From IMG/VR virus record IMGVR_UViG_3300032323_000630, positions 7,279 through 71,278 of that record: DNA of 64,000 bases; one strand, written 5' to 3'. Shown piece by piece: positions 40,735-50,620 of the stretch (its first letter is position 1; every line of letters starts with the position of its first letter). The notes below the pieces were generated by a model. It saw only the letters and a list, made by a program, of their open reading frames with translations, did no database searches and was not told the origin of the DNA. Origin of the DNA: a virus. A program made the position numbers and the translations under genes.

Positions 40735-42411
40735 CTAGGTATCCCTATCCGTATTTGTTGGCGTTAGGAACTGCGGCACTTGATTTTCATGCAAGGGCCA
40801 AGGTTCGTGCATGGGAATTCTTTTCATAATACTAGCTATTGTTCCTGACTGGTATTTTGTTGTTGCCCAGTCCGCAGAAGTGGAAGTTGCTGGATTAGCA
40901 TGTGTTGTTAACGGTATCACTTGTTCTGCTACATCTGCTACATCTGCTAATACGCCATTCATATGTATTGAGCTAGCACTTTCTCTAAGCTCTCCTACTG
41001 CTGCTATGTGTGTGCTTCCTGCCGAAGTAAATCTACTATTTGCTGCTGTTATTACATTGATATTACCGGTGGATGCTATTTTTGTTGTTCCACCTATTTT
41101 TTGATCCCAGTTTGATCCCACAGTGATTTTACCGTTCGCTCCTACCAGCAGTTCCATGTTGGATCCGATGTCTGCCTTGAGTCTGCCACCGGACTTCATA
41201 TTGATATTTCTACCAGCTTCTAGATTAATATCTCTATTTGCAAACACATTGAGATCGGTTTCTGTATGAACACTGACACTATCTTGAGCATAGATATCAA
41301 TCTTGCCGTTTGACGTTAATTCGATCCATGTTGTTCCTCTGGAGTTTCCAATATAAATCAAATCTTCTGAATTGTGCATCAATATCTGATGTCCGGTTCT
41401 AGTTCTTAACCGGAAGTATTCATTGTAAGGGATTGTAGCTTCGCCGGCGGTGTTTGCTGTTTCGCCCGTGCCCACAACTTTCTTTTCAAGGAGGTCAATA
41501 TATTTTACCGGACCTGAAGCAGCAGAAGTTGCTCGATGATATCTATCATCCCCGTCATCCATGACGAATTGCGTTCCGCCTAATCTGCTTATAGGTACCG
41601 GTGAACTTGTTTGTCCGTTTATTGATCCTATGTTTGCTCGTTTAGCATTTTCTCTGCGATCTACTGGGCCGGGAGAAGATATACCAAATACCATACTTGG
41701 AGCTTCTCTTCTACTAGACGTTGTTGTAACTCCCCTAACATCGTCTTCTAATAATCCCTGTTCTAAAAATCTATCAGCAATAGGATGCACTGCCTTTGGA
41801 ATTTTTTCTACATCAATAGTTTGATCTTTAGAATTTAACTTTCTATTAACTTCTGCTACTGGTAGCGGTGTTCTTTTAGTGACATCTTGATTTACCCCGT
41901 ACTTTCTCTTGTCAGCAGCATCTATATCAAGTTCAGTAGATCCTGCAATCGCTGGTACCATGTGATTTGCAAATCTACTAGGCACGCAGCCTATCCAGTA
42001 GCCCTGTGACGGATCACCGTCAATGAAAACTACCAGCACTGTAACTCCGACATCTGGTGGTACGAACCACATACCGTAAGATTTTTGTGTATCGTTATAG
42101 GCTTCTGCTGTGGTAGATCCTTGAGCACTGGCTCGCTGTCCTAGCGCCTGTTCTCCTTGTGTCTGTTTTTCTAGGGCTGAATTCTGCCCCATAAACTCAA
42201 ATCCGGTATATCCAAAGAACGGTTGTGCGCAACTTACAACATAAGTCTGAGTATCTTGTCCTATGGTGTTGCCTTGGTCTCTAAGCAGAGTCACTTCGAG
42301 ACTGCCCATGAAACTCGGATCAAGATGACTGATTATCCTTGCAAGATAAGGACCGTTGCCTATTCCTCTAGAGTTGGTTAATTCCGCCGACGAGCGTTTA
42401 TCTTCTGCCAT
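40735..42411 (-). CDS. gp5: Baseplate central spike (gp5/VgrG-like OB fold plus beta-helix), no lysozyme domain
   Basis: D.SFMGSLEV, YGMWFVPPDVG..VLV.F..GD..YWIG and RTRTGHQILM, followed by beta-helical repeats. Confidence 0.8.
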   Translation of the reverse strand: MAEDKRSSAELTNSRGIGNGPYLARIISHLDPSFMGSLEVTLLRDQGNTIGQDTQTYVVSCAQPFFGYTGFEFMGQNSALEKQTQGEQALGQRASAQGSTTAEAYNDTQKSYGMWFVPPDVGVTVLVVFIDGDPSQGYWIGCVPSRFANHMVPAIAGSTELDIDAADKRKYGVNQDVTKRTPLPVAEVNRKLNSKDQTIDVEKIPKAVHPIADRFLEQGLLEDDVRGVTTTSSRREAPSMVFGISSPGPVDRRENAKRANIGSINGQTSSPVPISRLGGTQFVMDDGDDRYHRATSAASGPVKYIDLLEKKVVGTGETANTAGEATIPYNEYFRLRTRTGHQILMHNSEDLIYIGNSRGTTWIELTSNGKIDIYAQDSVSVHTETDLNVFANRDINLEAGRNINMKSGGRLKADIGSNMELLVGANGKITVGSNWDQKIGGTTKIASTGNINVITAANSRFTSAGSTHIAAVGELRESASSIHMNGVLADVADVAEQVIPLTTHANPATSTSADWATTKYQSGTIASIMKRIPMHEPWPLHENQVPQFLTPTNTDRDT

Positions 42412-42414
42412 GTG

Positions 42415-44787
42415 TTATCCTATTCTACCTGTTGCTGCCGCTCTTCGTGCCGCATCTTCGCTCGTTGTTACCGCGTATCCTGATCTTATTTTTGTAGCAG
42501 TATCTGCTACACTGTTTCGATCAGGTACAACAGTTCCAAATTCATACGCTCCTTCGTCTCCGTTCTGTGATCTAATAGTTTGACCTGCTTCCGGTGGTAA
42601 TTCTTTAAATTCTTCGGCTTGGCTAGGCATTCTCATACAAGAAAGTTTTTGTCTAAACATACCCTCTGAGAATGTACTCTCGCACTGATTAACTTTGTAG
42701 ATACCACTGAAAGGACTTTCTTTGCCACCATATGAAAATTCATAGGTTCCTTTCGCTTCGTTAATATCTGATGGTGTTCTAAATGTTAGGTATATGTATA
42801 CGTCGCTGCCTTCATAATTCATTGTACCATCTTCGGTTACTTGGGAATTGTTTTCTACGGCTGGTGCAAAATAATTAGCAAATCCACTGTCCACTATCCA
42901 ATAAGGATCGCCTAGAATTTCTATATTAATAGTGACCATTTCTGTCTGATTCTGTGTAAATGCTTTATGAAAAGATTCTGCCACAGATTGCTCAACGTCT
43001 TGTTGTCTTGACCCGCCTTTGATCTTTTCGTCTATGGCGGTTGGGTCTCTGCGATTTCTCTTTCTTCCGCCTGTAGCCAGCGCAGCAGCTACCGCAGCAC
43101 CTTGACCGGATTTGACTTCTTTGTTTTGTTGGGGCGCCGGGCCTCCGCTGGTATTCGGATCAGAAGCCTTGCCGCTGTCAACTGGGTTTCCTGGCTGTGT
43201 TCCTGTAAAGAATGAGTTTTTAATTTCAATATCAAATTTTAAAACATCAACATTTTGTCCGGTATAGATATAATTATATGCCTTGGTAATTTTTTTCTTT
43301 ATCGGGGCATAGTTAGGTACAGAAGTTGGATTTGAAAATATCGATTCATGCACTAGAAACGGAACAACTCGGTATGTAAACCTCTTGGCAAAATCCCCTG
43401 TGAGTATATCATATTCTAAAAGCTCTATTTGAACATCTAATCTGAACCACTTGATAAATCCGTCTGAAGTACGACCTGTTCTTGAGTTAGGATTGATAGC
43501 TTCTTTGGCATACTCAGAGCTTAAGATAACCTGATTTATAATTGATGTCAGCGACTGTCCTTGTGCAAATTGAAAAGTGCGATCTTTGGGATTAATGGTC
43601 ATGTTATCTCTTCTAACAATCCCATCCTTGCTGACCTGATCACCGTGCTTAGGCATTACAAAATTTCCGCCTTTGTTTTGACCGAATCCGAAGGTAGATT
43701 TACCTATATCGTTTGTGTCAAAACTTGTTTGTACATTGACATTCGACTTTCCTTTTACCGTTAGTGCTGCTGTATCATTGGGGTTGACTGTGGCAGTTTT
43801 ATCAACACTTTTAATATCTTTCATTGCATTAAATGTAGACGATGATGTTGGAAAATCTATTATATATTCGTCTTTGATTCCAATTTGATTATCTTCAAAC
43901 AACCTCTGTTCAATGTCGTTTAACACCCGTTGAAGGCTTTCGCTTTCGCCTGATAGTGCTGATTCTACTGTTCCAGCAGTACCGGCAGTGATCTTTACAT
44001 CGTTATACGCTACATTAATCGCATCGCTGAAGCCCTGATGGTTGTAAGGTATGGCTTCCATTTTATAGGTGCTGCCGCTTTCGTTGACTTGAAATTTAAC
44101 ATTAATCAATTTCATTACAAAAAACTTTGGCTTTACTGTTTTATATTGTTTTCCTAGTTCATCGTAGCCAAGAAAATCTAATCTTAAAACATAGGGAGCA
44201 TTGTCTAGATAGTTGGCGTAGCCGGCACTTTTTGCAGCGACCTGTAAACTCTGTAACAGAGTGCCCATAGAATATGGTTCGTATATATCCCATTCAAATT
44301 TAAATGCGTTGGTGTTTCCTGTTTTAGCACTACCGCCTGCAACCAATCCCTTCATCGTAAAATTGTTGATAAAAAACTCTGGAGTGCCGTGAGCGGTGTT
44401 GACTCGCTGGCTGTCAAATCTTCCGCCAGAGCTCATGATAACAAATTCAAGATCGGCTGGGCTGTTTCTATACGACGGCGGATTATTAAATTGTTTTTTA
44501 GTCAAACACGCCATGGTCCACATGGGTGAATAAGAAGCAAACTGTTCCAACGGATTTAAAATCACTGATGGTAGATTGCTGCTGGTTGATAACTGTTTGT
44601 TGGGATTTGAAGCTGTGGTACTAGAACCTCTGATTATAGGATCTATTGATCGCGCTGGATTTAATCCTGTTACTCTTTCCGCTAGTCCTTCCCCTATGCC
44701 CACAGAAGAAAGTCCAAGATCTAAAAGTTTTCCACCATCGGGCCTAGTGATTTCAGATACTGCTCTACCTATGTCTCTAATAGCCAT
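42415..44787 (-). CDS. Baseplate hub protein (gp27/GpD-like)
   Basis: Position between gp53 and gp5. C-terminal IEILGDPYW and FSGIYKV..ESTFSEG.F.Q.L..R. Confidence 0.65.
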   Translation of the reverse strand: MAIRDIGRAVSEITRPDGGKLLDLGLSSVGIGEGLAERVTGLNPARSIDPIIRGSSTTASNPNKQLSTSSNLPSVILNPLEQFASYSPMWTMACLTKKQFNNPPSYRNSPADLEFVIMSSGGRFDSQRVNTAHGTPEFFINNFTMKGLVAGGSAKTGNTNAFKFEWDIYEPYSMGTLLQSLQVAAKSAGYANYLDNAPYVLRLDFLGYDELGKQYKTVKPKFFVMKLINVKFQVNESGSTYKMEAIPYNHQGFSDAINVAYNDVKITAGTAGTVESALSGESESLQRVLNDIEQRLFEDNQIGIKDEYIIDFPTSSSTFNAMKDIKSVDKTATVNPNDTAALTVKGKSNVNVQTSFDTNDIGKSTFGFGQNKGGNFVMPKHGDQVSKDGIVRRDNMTINPKDRTFQFAQGQSLTSIINQVILSSEYAKEAINPNSRTGRTSDGFIKWFRLDVQIELLEYDILTGDFAKRFTYRVVPFLVHESIFSNPTSVPNYAPIKKKITKAYNYIYTGQNVDVLKFDIEIKNSFFTGTQPGNPVDSGKASDPNTSGGPAPQQNKEVKSGQGAAVAAALATGGRKRNRRDPTAIDEKIKGGSRQQDVEQSVAESFHKAFTQNQTEMVTINIEILGDPYWIVDSGFANYFAPAVENNSQVTEDGTMNYEGSDVYIYLTFRTPSDINEAKGTYEFSYGGKESPFSGIYKVNQCESTFSEGMFRQKLSCMRMPSQAEEFKELPPEAGQTIRSQNGDEGAYEFGTVVPDRNSVADTATKIRSGYAVTTSEDAARRAAATGRIG

Positions 44788-44788
44788 C

Positions 44789-45088
44789 CTAGACTCCTAA
44801 GAATTTTTCTAGGTTTGATCTTTTGGGAAGATAGATAGATGTTCCTGGTTCAAAATCGTAGATAGGATCTTTAAGCACGCTCATATTACGCTGTACAAAT
44901 ACCCACCATAATTTGGGATTGCCATATAGATCATAGGCTAGCAGATCCGGTCTGTGCTTGTATTGATTTTCAATTACATATCTAAAATCTTCTGATTCCG
45001 CAGGCACTGGTCTAATTTCTAAAAGTTCTAGATAAAGATTATTTTGTTGTGTTGTTGTCCAGGGACTTGATTTAGTGTATGCTGCCAT
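44789..45088 (-). CDS. gp53: Baseplate wedge subunit, gp53/LysM-like
   Basis: RPDLLAYDLYG..LWWVF..N..DPI.DF.PG..I.LP. Confidence 0.8.
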   Translation of the reverse strand: MAAYTKSSPWTTTQQNNLYLELLEIRPVPAESEDFRYVIENQYKHRPDLLAYDLYGNPKLWWVFVQRNMSVLKDPIYDFEPGTSIYLPKRSNLEKFLGV

Positions 45089-45089
45089 A

Positions 45090-46214
45090 TTAGATGTATC
45101 CCACGCTGTCTGCGGCTTTGCCTCTTGAATAATCTTGCAGACTGAATTTTCTTAATCGTCTTCTGTTGTATACTGGTGATACTGTCACTGATATAGTACT
45201 GAGCACCGGAACCCATGTGTCGGTTCCAAATGTATTACATTTTATATAGTTAACATCATCTTTGAGATCCACAGAGAAGGATTTAATTACCACTGGTACT
45301 TTGTCAAATACACTAGACCCGTAACCTGACAGATTGCAGATGATTGGCGGATTGCCTGCATTTTCTCCTTGGCCGAAAAACATTTTAGTAGCGGTCTTGA
45401 AGAACGTAGTAGCAGCTATCCAATAGGCGGCATCGGTTTCGGTTTCACAACTGAATTCTCCGCTGATTTGAATATCCTCCACAACGCTGTTCTTGTATGC
45501 TTGGAACTGATAATTGCTGTGTGTGGCATCTATGGTTTGATAATTTGCTTTTGTTGATACTGTGATGTTTGGAGTATAGGGCCAAACAACTCCTCCGGTA
45601 TTTTTTAAAAGGGCAAATAATGGACTGTTAAACAAGTTCCATTCTGCATTAATTCTTACACGCCAGTCATTTTTAGCATTGGATTGCAACTGGATTTGAC
45701 TGCCTTGGCTCATGAATAATTCGGCCCCGCCGGGAAGATTTGCTCCTCGTTTAAGGCTTAGAAAATTATTCAACATGCCTGCTGCTGAAGAAATCTGTCC
45801 TGCTAGCCCTTGTACTCCGCCTGCAAGATTTCCGCCTGTTAACTTGTTCAATGTACCTGATATGTCTGCTGTGATATTACTGGTAGATCCTGCTACTGAT
45901 TGCAGTGAGGATATTCCGCCAGATACTGTGCTTTGTATTGTATTACCAATGCCACCTAGTGCTGTTCCGGCTCCCGCAACAAAATTGCTAGCACCACTTT
46001 TGAGTGTGCCAAATGTACTGCCAGTACCTGCAGTTAACCCATTAAGGCCGCTGCCAATTCCTCCACTTAGTCTAGAAATAGTTGCATCTAGATTGGCTTT
46101 GGATAATGCATCTCCGACTTGCGGAAGAGCAGCTTGGGCTTCGTTGGTGGCGTTTGCTATGGCCTGCGTTGAAGCAGTGATCAATTGTGCTAAAGGATTT
46201 ATAGATAATGCCAT
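45090..46214 (-). CDS. Tail tube initiator/baseplate-tube junction protein (gp48/gp54-like)
   Basis: Gly/Ala-rich N-terminus. GVVWPYTP.I and PPIIC.L.GYG..FDKVPVVIKSFSV tube-fold signature. Confidence 0.6.
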   Translation of the reverse strand: MALSINPLAQLITASTQAIANATNEAQAALPQVGDALSKANLDATISRLSGGIGSGLNGLTAGTGSTFGTLKSGASNFVAGAGTALGGIGNTIQSTVSGGISSLQSVAGSTSNITADISGTLNKLTGGNLAGGVQGLAGQISSAAGMLNNFLSLKRGANLPGGAELFMSQGSQIQLQSNAKNDWRVRINAEWNLFNSPLFALLKNTGGVVWPYTPNITVSTKANYQTIDATHSNYQFQAYKNSVVEDIQISGEFSCETETDAAYWIAATTFFKTATKMFFGQGENAGNPPIICNLSGYGSSVFDKVPVVIKSFSVDLKDDVNYIKCNTFGTDTWVPVLSTISVTVSPVYNRRRLRKFSLQDYSRGKAADSVGYI

Positions 46215-46241
46215 TTTGAGTAAATATTCTCCGTTATACTC

Positions 46242-46249
46242 TATTTATT
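46242..46249 (-). promoter_or_regulatory. Putative late promoter AATAAATA for the baseplate operon
   Basis: Upstream of the GGAG RBS and the ATG at 46214. Confidence 0.6.
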
Positions 46250-46261
46250 CTTTGCAAAATG

Positions 46262-46270
46262 TGCTATTAT
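46262..46270 (+). promoter_or_regulatory. Possible extended -10 promoter (TGcTATTAT) for gp55
   Basis: TGn plus TATTAT lies 10 nt before the AGGAG RBS. No good -35 element. Confidence 0.35.
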
Positions 46271-46295
46271 ATAAGTAATAGGAGAATCATATCTA

Positions 46296-47141
46296 ATGAC
46301 ACTGATACCAAAAATAAAGTACCTAACCAACAAAGACCTACTAAAAGAGATCCATCGCAGCAAAAACACATACTGTACATACACAGACAAGGCCTACAGT
46401 GACTACGATCTAATCGTAAGCAGCCTAGACAAACTCAATATCAGAACCATCGCAGAAGCCAAAAGAAACCGTGCATCAAGGATGAGCAAGATCGCACACG
46501 AAGCCGGAATGATTGCAGCCGGTAAAAAATTACCTGCCAAAGAATTTGAAGTAGACTATAAAAAAATTACCAAGGAAGAGCTGGTTTTCCGTATCATGAC
46601 TTTTGAACATATACCACTAGCTCCGGGTCGTAAAAAGACACTAAAAAATACTGCTGATAGTCATGACAAGGTAAACTTTCCTCCGTTCCAACATTGGAAG
46701 TTTGATGATAAAGGTAACCTAATATGCGTAGGAAAAAGTCATTGGAAGGGTCCGCTAGACACCGGTGAGTTCAATAAAGAACATGGGCAGATGACTGACA
46801 ACCTAGCTCGTATGTTTTTAAAATTATGTGAGAGATATGCAACTAGAGGCAATGTCCGTGGATACACCTACAATGATGAAATGCGTGGACAGGCCATACT
46901 TCAACTAACCCAAATAGGACTACAATTTGATGAAAGTAAATCTGATAATCCTTTTGCTTACTATACTGCTGCTGTTACCAATAGTTTCGTACGTATCATC
47001 AACATTGAAAAACGTAACCAAAATATTAGAGACGACATCCTCGAAATGAATGGTATGAATCCAAGTTGGACTCGTCAAAATAGTGGCAGTGGTCCAGCTG
47101 TTGGGCCGGTAACTGTAACTACTGGCGGCGAAGAAGATTGA
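46296..47141 (+). CDS. gp55: Late-transcription sigma factor (T4 gp55-like)
   Basis: YLTNKDLL.EI, N.RGYTYNDEM, FDESKS.NPFAYYT..NSFVRII..EKR. Synteny with gp47/gp46. Confidence 0.88.
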   Translation: MTLIPKIKYLTNKDLLKEIHRSKNTYCTYTDKAYSDYDLIVSSLDKLNIRTIAEAKRNRASRMSKIAHEAGMIAAGKKLPAKEFEVDYKKITKEELVFRIMTFEHIPLAPGRKKTLKNTADSHDKVNFPPFQHWKFDDKGNLICVGKSHWKGPLDTGEFNKEHGQMTDNLARMFLKLCERYATRGNVRGYTYNDEMRGQAILQLTQIGLQFDESKSDNPFAYYTAAVTNSFVRIINIEKRNQNIRDDILEMNGMNPSWTRQNSGSGPAVGPVTVTTGGEED

Positions 47142-47166
47142 CCTTTATAATAAAAGAGTTTAAAAT
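47138..47166 (+). promoter_or_regulatory. Sigma70-type promoter TTGACC-N17-TAAAAT
   Basis: -35 at 47138-47143, 17-nt spacer, -10 at 47161-47166. The ATG follows 6 nt later with no SD. Confidence 0.7.
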
Positions 47167-47172
47167 ATATCT

Positions 47173-48183
47173 ATGAGTCTATTTAAAAAGGTAGCCTGTT
47201 TCACTGACATTCACTTTGGGCTAAAGAGCGGTAGTAGAGTCCATAATCAAGATTGCGAAGATTTCGTCACTTGGTTTTGCGAAACCGCGAAGCGGGAAAA
47301 TTGCGAAACAGCAATTTTCTTAGGGGATTGGCATCACAATCGATCTACCACTGATGTCAGCACAATGAACTATACCGTTTCAAACCTTGAACGGTTAAGT
47401 CAGAGCTTTGAAAAAGTCTATTTCATTCTAGGCAATCACGATTTGTTCTACAAAGACAAACGTGAAATCAACTCTATTGAGTTCATGCGGTTGTTTCCAA
47501 ATGTGATTCCAATTAAAGAAACACTTACCGAAGGCGATGTAACTATCATGCCTTGGTTAGTTGGTGAAGAATGGCGCAACGTACCTAAGATTAAAAGTCG
47601 ATATGTGTTTGGACATTTAGAATTACCCCTGTTCTATATGAACGCTATGGTACAGATGCCGGATCATGGTCAGTTACAGGGCAATCACTTTGTGAATCAA
47701 GAGTATGTGTTCAGTGGGCACTTTCACAAACGTCAAAGCAAAGGCAACATCACGTATATCGGCAATGCTTTTCCGCACAACTATGCAGATGCAGGCGACG
47801 ATGAACGTGGTATGATGATACTAGAGTGGGGTGGGAAACCAGAGTACTTAACTTGGCCCGGACAACCGATATATAGAACATACAAATTAAGTCAGATCAT
47901 CGACACACCAGATAAACTTCTGCGTGAGAAGATGCATTGTCGTGTTACTATCGATTTACCAATTAGTTTCGAAGAAGCCAACTTTATCAAAGAACAATTT
48001 ATTCCGCAGTACAATCTGCGTGAGTTAATGTTAATCCCTGAAAAAGTTCAAGTAGAATCTAATGCTACTCCTATCGACATCAACTTTGAATCAGTTGATA
48101 CGATCGTTATGAATCAGATCAATGCCATTGAAAGCGATACCTACGACAAAGCACTACTATTGAATATCTATAACGACCTATGA
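47173..48183 (+). CDS. gp47: Recombination endonuclease subunit (Mre11/SbcD-like)
   Basis: DIHFG, GDWHH, GNHD, FGHLE and SGHFH metallophosphoesterase motifs. Confidence 0.92.
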   Translation: MSLFKKVACFTDIHFGLKSGSRVHNQDCEDFVTWFCETAKRENCETAIFLGDWHHNRSTTDVSTMNYTVSNLERLSQSFEKVYFILGNHDLFYKDKREINSIEFMRLFPNVIPIKETLTEGDVTIMPWLVGEEWRNVPKIKSRYVFGHLELPLFYMNAMVQMPDHGQLQGNHFVNQEYVFSGHFHKRQSKGNITYIGNAFPHNYADAGDDERGMMILEWGGKPEYLTWPGQPIYRTYKLSQIIDTPDKLLREKMHCRVTIDLPISFEEANFIKEQFIPQYNLRELMLIPEKVQVESNATPIDINFESVDTIVMNQINAIESDTYDKALLLNIYNDL

Positions 48184-49958
48184 TAAAAATTAAAAATCTA
48201 ACAGTACGCAATTTTATGAGCGTGGGCAATCAAACCCAGGCCATAGACTTTGACAAGGGTCAGTTAACTTTGGTCTTAGGTGAGAACCTGGATCTAGGCG
48301 GTGATGACAGTGGTGCTCGTAACGGCACAGGTAAAACCACAATCATTAATGGTTTGAGTTATGGTATCTATGGCCAGGCCCTGACTAATATCAAACGTGA
48401 TAATTTAATCAATAAGATCAATTCAAAAGGTATGTTATGTACCGTTACATTCGAGAAGGATGGCGTTGAATATCATATTGAACGTGGTCGCAAACCTAAC
48501 TTATTGAAATTTAGTATTAATGGGCAAGAACAAGACCTAGAAGACCTAGATGAATCGCAAGGTGACAGCCGAGAAACACAAAAGTCTATTGAAGAAATGA
48601 TCGGAATGAGTCACGAGATGTTTAAGCATCTGGTAGCACTTAATACCTATACTGAACCGTTCTTGGCATTGAAGCCTAATGATCAACGAAGCATTATCGA
48701 ACAGTTGTTAGGTATTACCTTGTTAAGCGAAAAAGCAGAGAATCTCAAGGAGCAACTACGTCTGACCAAGGATGCTATTTCTACAGAAAACACACGCATT
48801 GAGACTGTGAAGGCTTCCAACGAACGAATTCAGCAGAGCATAGACTCTCTAGAGCGCAAACAGAAGCTATGGGACGAACAAAAAGAAACTAGTATAGAGA
48901 ACCTTAGAAAAAGCATCGATAGACTCAGTACGATTGATATTGATGTTGAGATTGCCGCACAAAAATCTCTAGTTGAGTGGACTGCTAACAAAAAAGAACG
49001 TGATAACTTAGTTTCGTTGATAGCAAAGCAAACAGCTACCTTAGAAAAAGAACAAAAGTTATTAGACAAATTAGAAACAGAATTAACTGCACTGGCTGAT
49101 CACAAGTGTCACAGTTGTGGACAGGATCTACATGATTCTAAACATGAAGACATGGTCACTGCTAAAAACAAACAGGCTGAAGAAAGCCGCACCAGTCTCG
49201 CAGAACATCAAACAGAATTATCAGCATTTAACGAAGCATTAGAGCTTGTAGGCGAATTAGGTGCGTGTCCGCAGGTACACTATGACAGTTTAGAGCAGGC
49301 GTTGAATCATAAAAACAGTTTAGCGGTATTAGAAAAAGATGTTGAAACAAAACAAGCAGAAACTAATCCCTATCTAGAGCAAATTGAAGAACTTAAAAAT
49401 ACTGCGGTACAGGAAATCAGTTGGGATCATGCCAATGACTTGGTGCGTGTCAAAGAACATCAAGAATTCTTATACAAACTGTTGACCAACAAAGACAGTT
49501 TTGTACGTAAACGTATTATTGATCAGAACTTGGCATTCTTGAATCAACGGTTGACCTATTATTTGGACAAGATTGGGTTGCCGCACATTGTAGAATTCCA
49601 AAACGATCTATCAGTTATCATTACACAACTAGGACAAGATCTAGACTTTGATAACTTGTCACGTGGAGAACGTAATAGGTTGATATTATCTATGTCGTGG
49701 GCATTCCGAGATGTATGGGAGAACCTATATCACAGCATCAACTTATTGTTTATTGATGAGTTAGTAGACTCAGGCATGGACAGTAGCGGTGTTGAATCCA
49801 GTATCGCTGTGTTAAAACGCATGACACGTGAGCGTGATAAGAATGTATTCTTAATTTCGCACAGAGATGACTTGACCAGTCGTGTGAATCATGTGCTTAA
49901 AGTCATTAAAGAGAATGGCTTTACCAGTTACAGTAACGATATTGACATTGTAGAATGA
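48180..49958 (+). CDS. gp46: Recombination ATPase subunit (Rad50/SbcC-like)
   Basis: NFMSVGN, NGTGKTT Walker A, coiled coil with CHSCGQ zinc hook, LSRGE signature, LFIDE and ISH. Confidence 0.92.
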   Translation: MIKIKNLTVRNFMSVGNQTQAIDFDKGQLTLVLGENLDLGGDDSGARNGTGKTTIINGLSYGIYGQALTNIKRDNLINKINSKGMLCTVTFEKDGVEYHIERGRKPNLLKFSINGQEQDLEDLDESQGDSRETQKSIEEMIGMSHEMFKHLVALNTYTEPFLALKPNDQRSIIEQLLGITLLSEKAENLKEQLRLTKDAISTENTRIETVKASNERIQQSIDSLERKQKLWDEQKETSIENLRKSIDRLSTIDIDVEIAAQKSLVEWTANKKERDNLVSLIAKQTATLEKEQKLLDKLETELTALADHKCHSCGQDLHDSKHEDMVTAKNKQAEESRTSLAEHQTELSAFNEALELVGELGACPQVHYDSLEQALNHKNSLAVLEKDVETKQAETNPYLEQIEELKNTAVQEISWDHANDLVRVKEHQEFLYKLLTNKDSFVRKRIIDQNLAFLNQRLTYYLDKIGLPHIVEFQNDLSVIITQLGQDLDFDNLSRGERNRLILSMSWAFRDVWENLYHSINLLFIDELVDSGMDSSGVESSIAVLKRMTRERDKNVFLISHRDDLTSRVNHVLKVIKENGFTSYSNDIDIVE

Positions 49959-50185
49959 CAACAGAAAGCCACGACAAGATGATTGCTGCTTTTCAGGAAT
50001 ATTTTAAGTGGCAGGAACGATTTGAATACAAAGGCTCAGACGAAGCAGGCATCAAGGCACGCTATTGGCTATCAGAAATACGCAACGAGGCAAGTAAAAG
50101 GCGAATGGAAATACAAGAAAAACGAGAGGCTCGTAAGAAAACCAGAAAAGGCCAGCTAGGCAGACCTCCTAAACTAACTAAATGA
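49955..50185 (+). CDS. Small basic protein resembling histone-H1-like Hc1 family DNA-binding proteins
   Basis: KG..AG.KAR..L.EI......RR.EIQE pattern and a Lys/Arg-rich tail (GRPPK). Recognised by pattern only. Confidence 0.5.
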   Translation: MTTESHDKMIAAFQEYFKWQERFEYKGSDEAGIKARYWLSEIRNEASKRRMEIQEKREARKKTRKGQLGRPPKLTK

Positions 50186-50620
50186 GTGCAATGGACGTAT
50201 CAAAATCAACTAGTAGAAGAAATACCTGAAGGCTATATTGGCTTTGTTTATATCATCACGAATCTACAATCCGGGCAGAAGTACATAGGCAAGAAATTAG
50301 CACAATTCAAACGCACTAAACCACCACTCAAAGGCAAAAAACTTAAAAGAAGAAGCACAGTAGAAAGCGATTGGCGCGAATACTGGGGTTCATCTGATAG
50401 GTTAAACGCAGACGTCCAAACATTAGGTCCGGAAAACTTCACAAGAGAAATACTATATCTTTGCAAATCCAAGGCAGAACTAAGTTATTTAGAAGCAAGA
50501 GAGCAATTTGAACGTAGAGTTTTAGAAACTGACGACTATTATAATGGCATTATAAACGTTAGAGTAGGCGGTTCAAATATACTTAGACAGCGTCTTTTAG
50601 AACAATCAAAGGCAAAATAA
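50186..50620 (+). CDS. Free-standing GIY-YIG nuclease (Seg-like catalytic domain only)
   Basis: GFVYIITN....KYIGKK, YWGSS, F.REIL, catalytic-type E (YLEA) and YYN. GTG start directly after the upstream stop. Confidence 0.85.
   Translation: MQWTYQNQLVEEIPEGYIGFVYIITNLQSGQKYIGKKLAQFKRTKPPLKGKKLKRRSTVESDWREYWGSSDRLNADVQTLGPENFTREILYLCKSKAELSYLEAREQFERRVLETDDYYNGIINVRVGGSNILRQRLLEQSKAK

Noticed and set aside
46226-46287. Inverted repeat ATTCTCC/GGAGAAT across the divergent gap
   Set aside because: Explained by the two divergent genes each having a GGAGAAT RBS. The predicted transcripts would not contain both arms.
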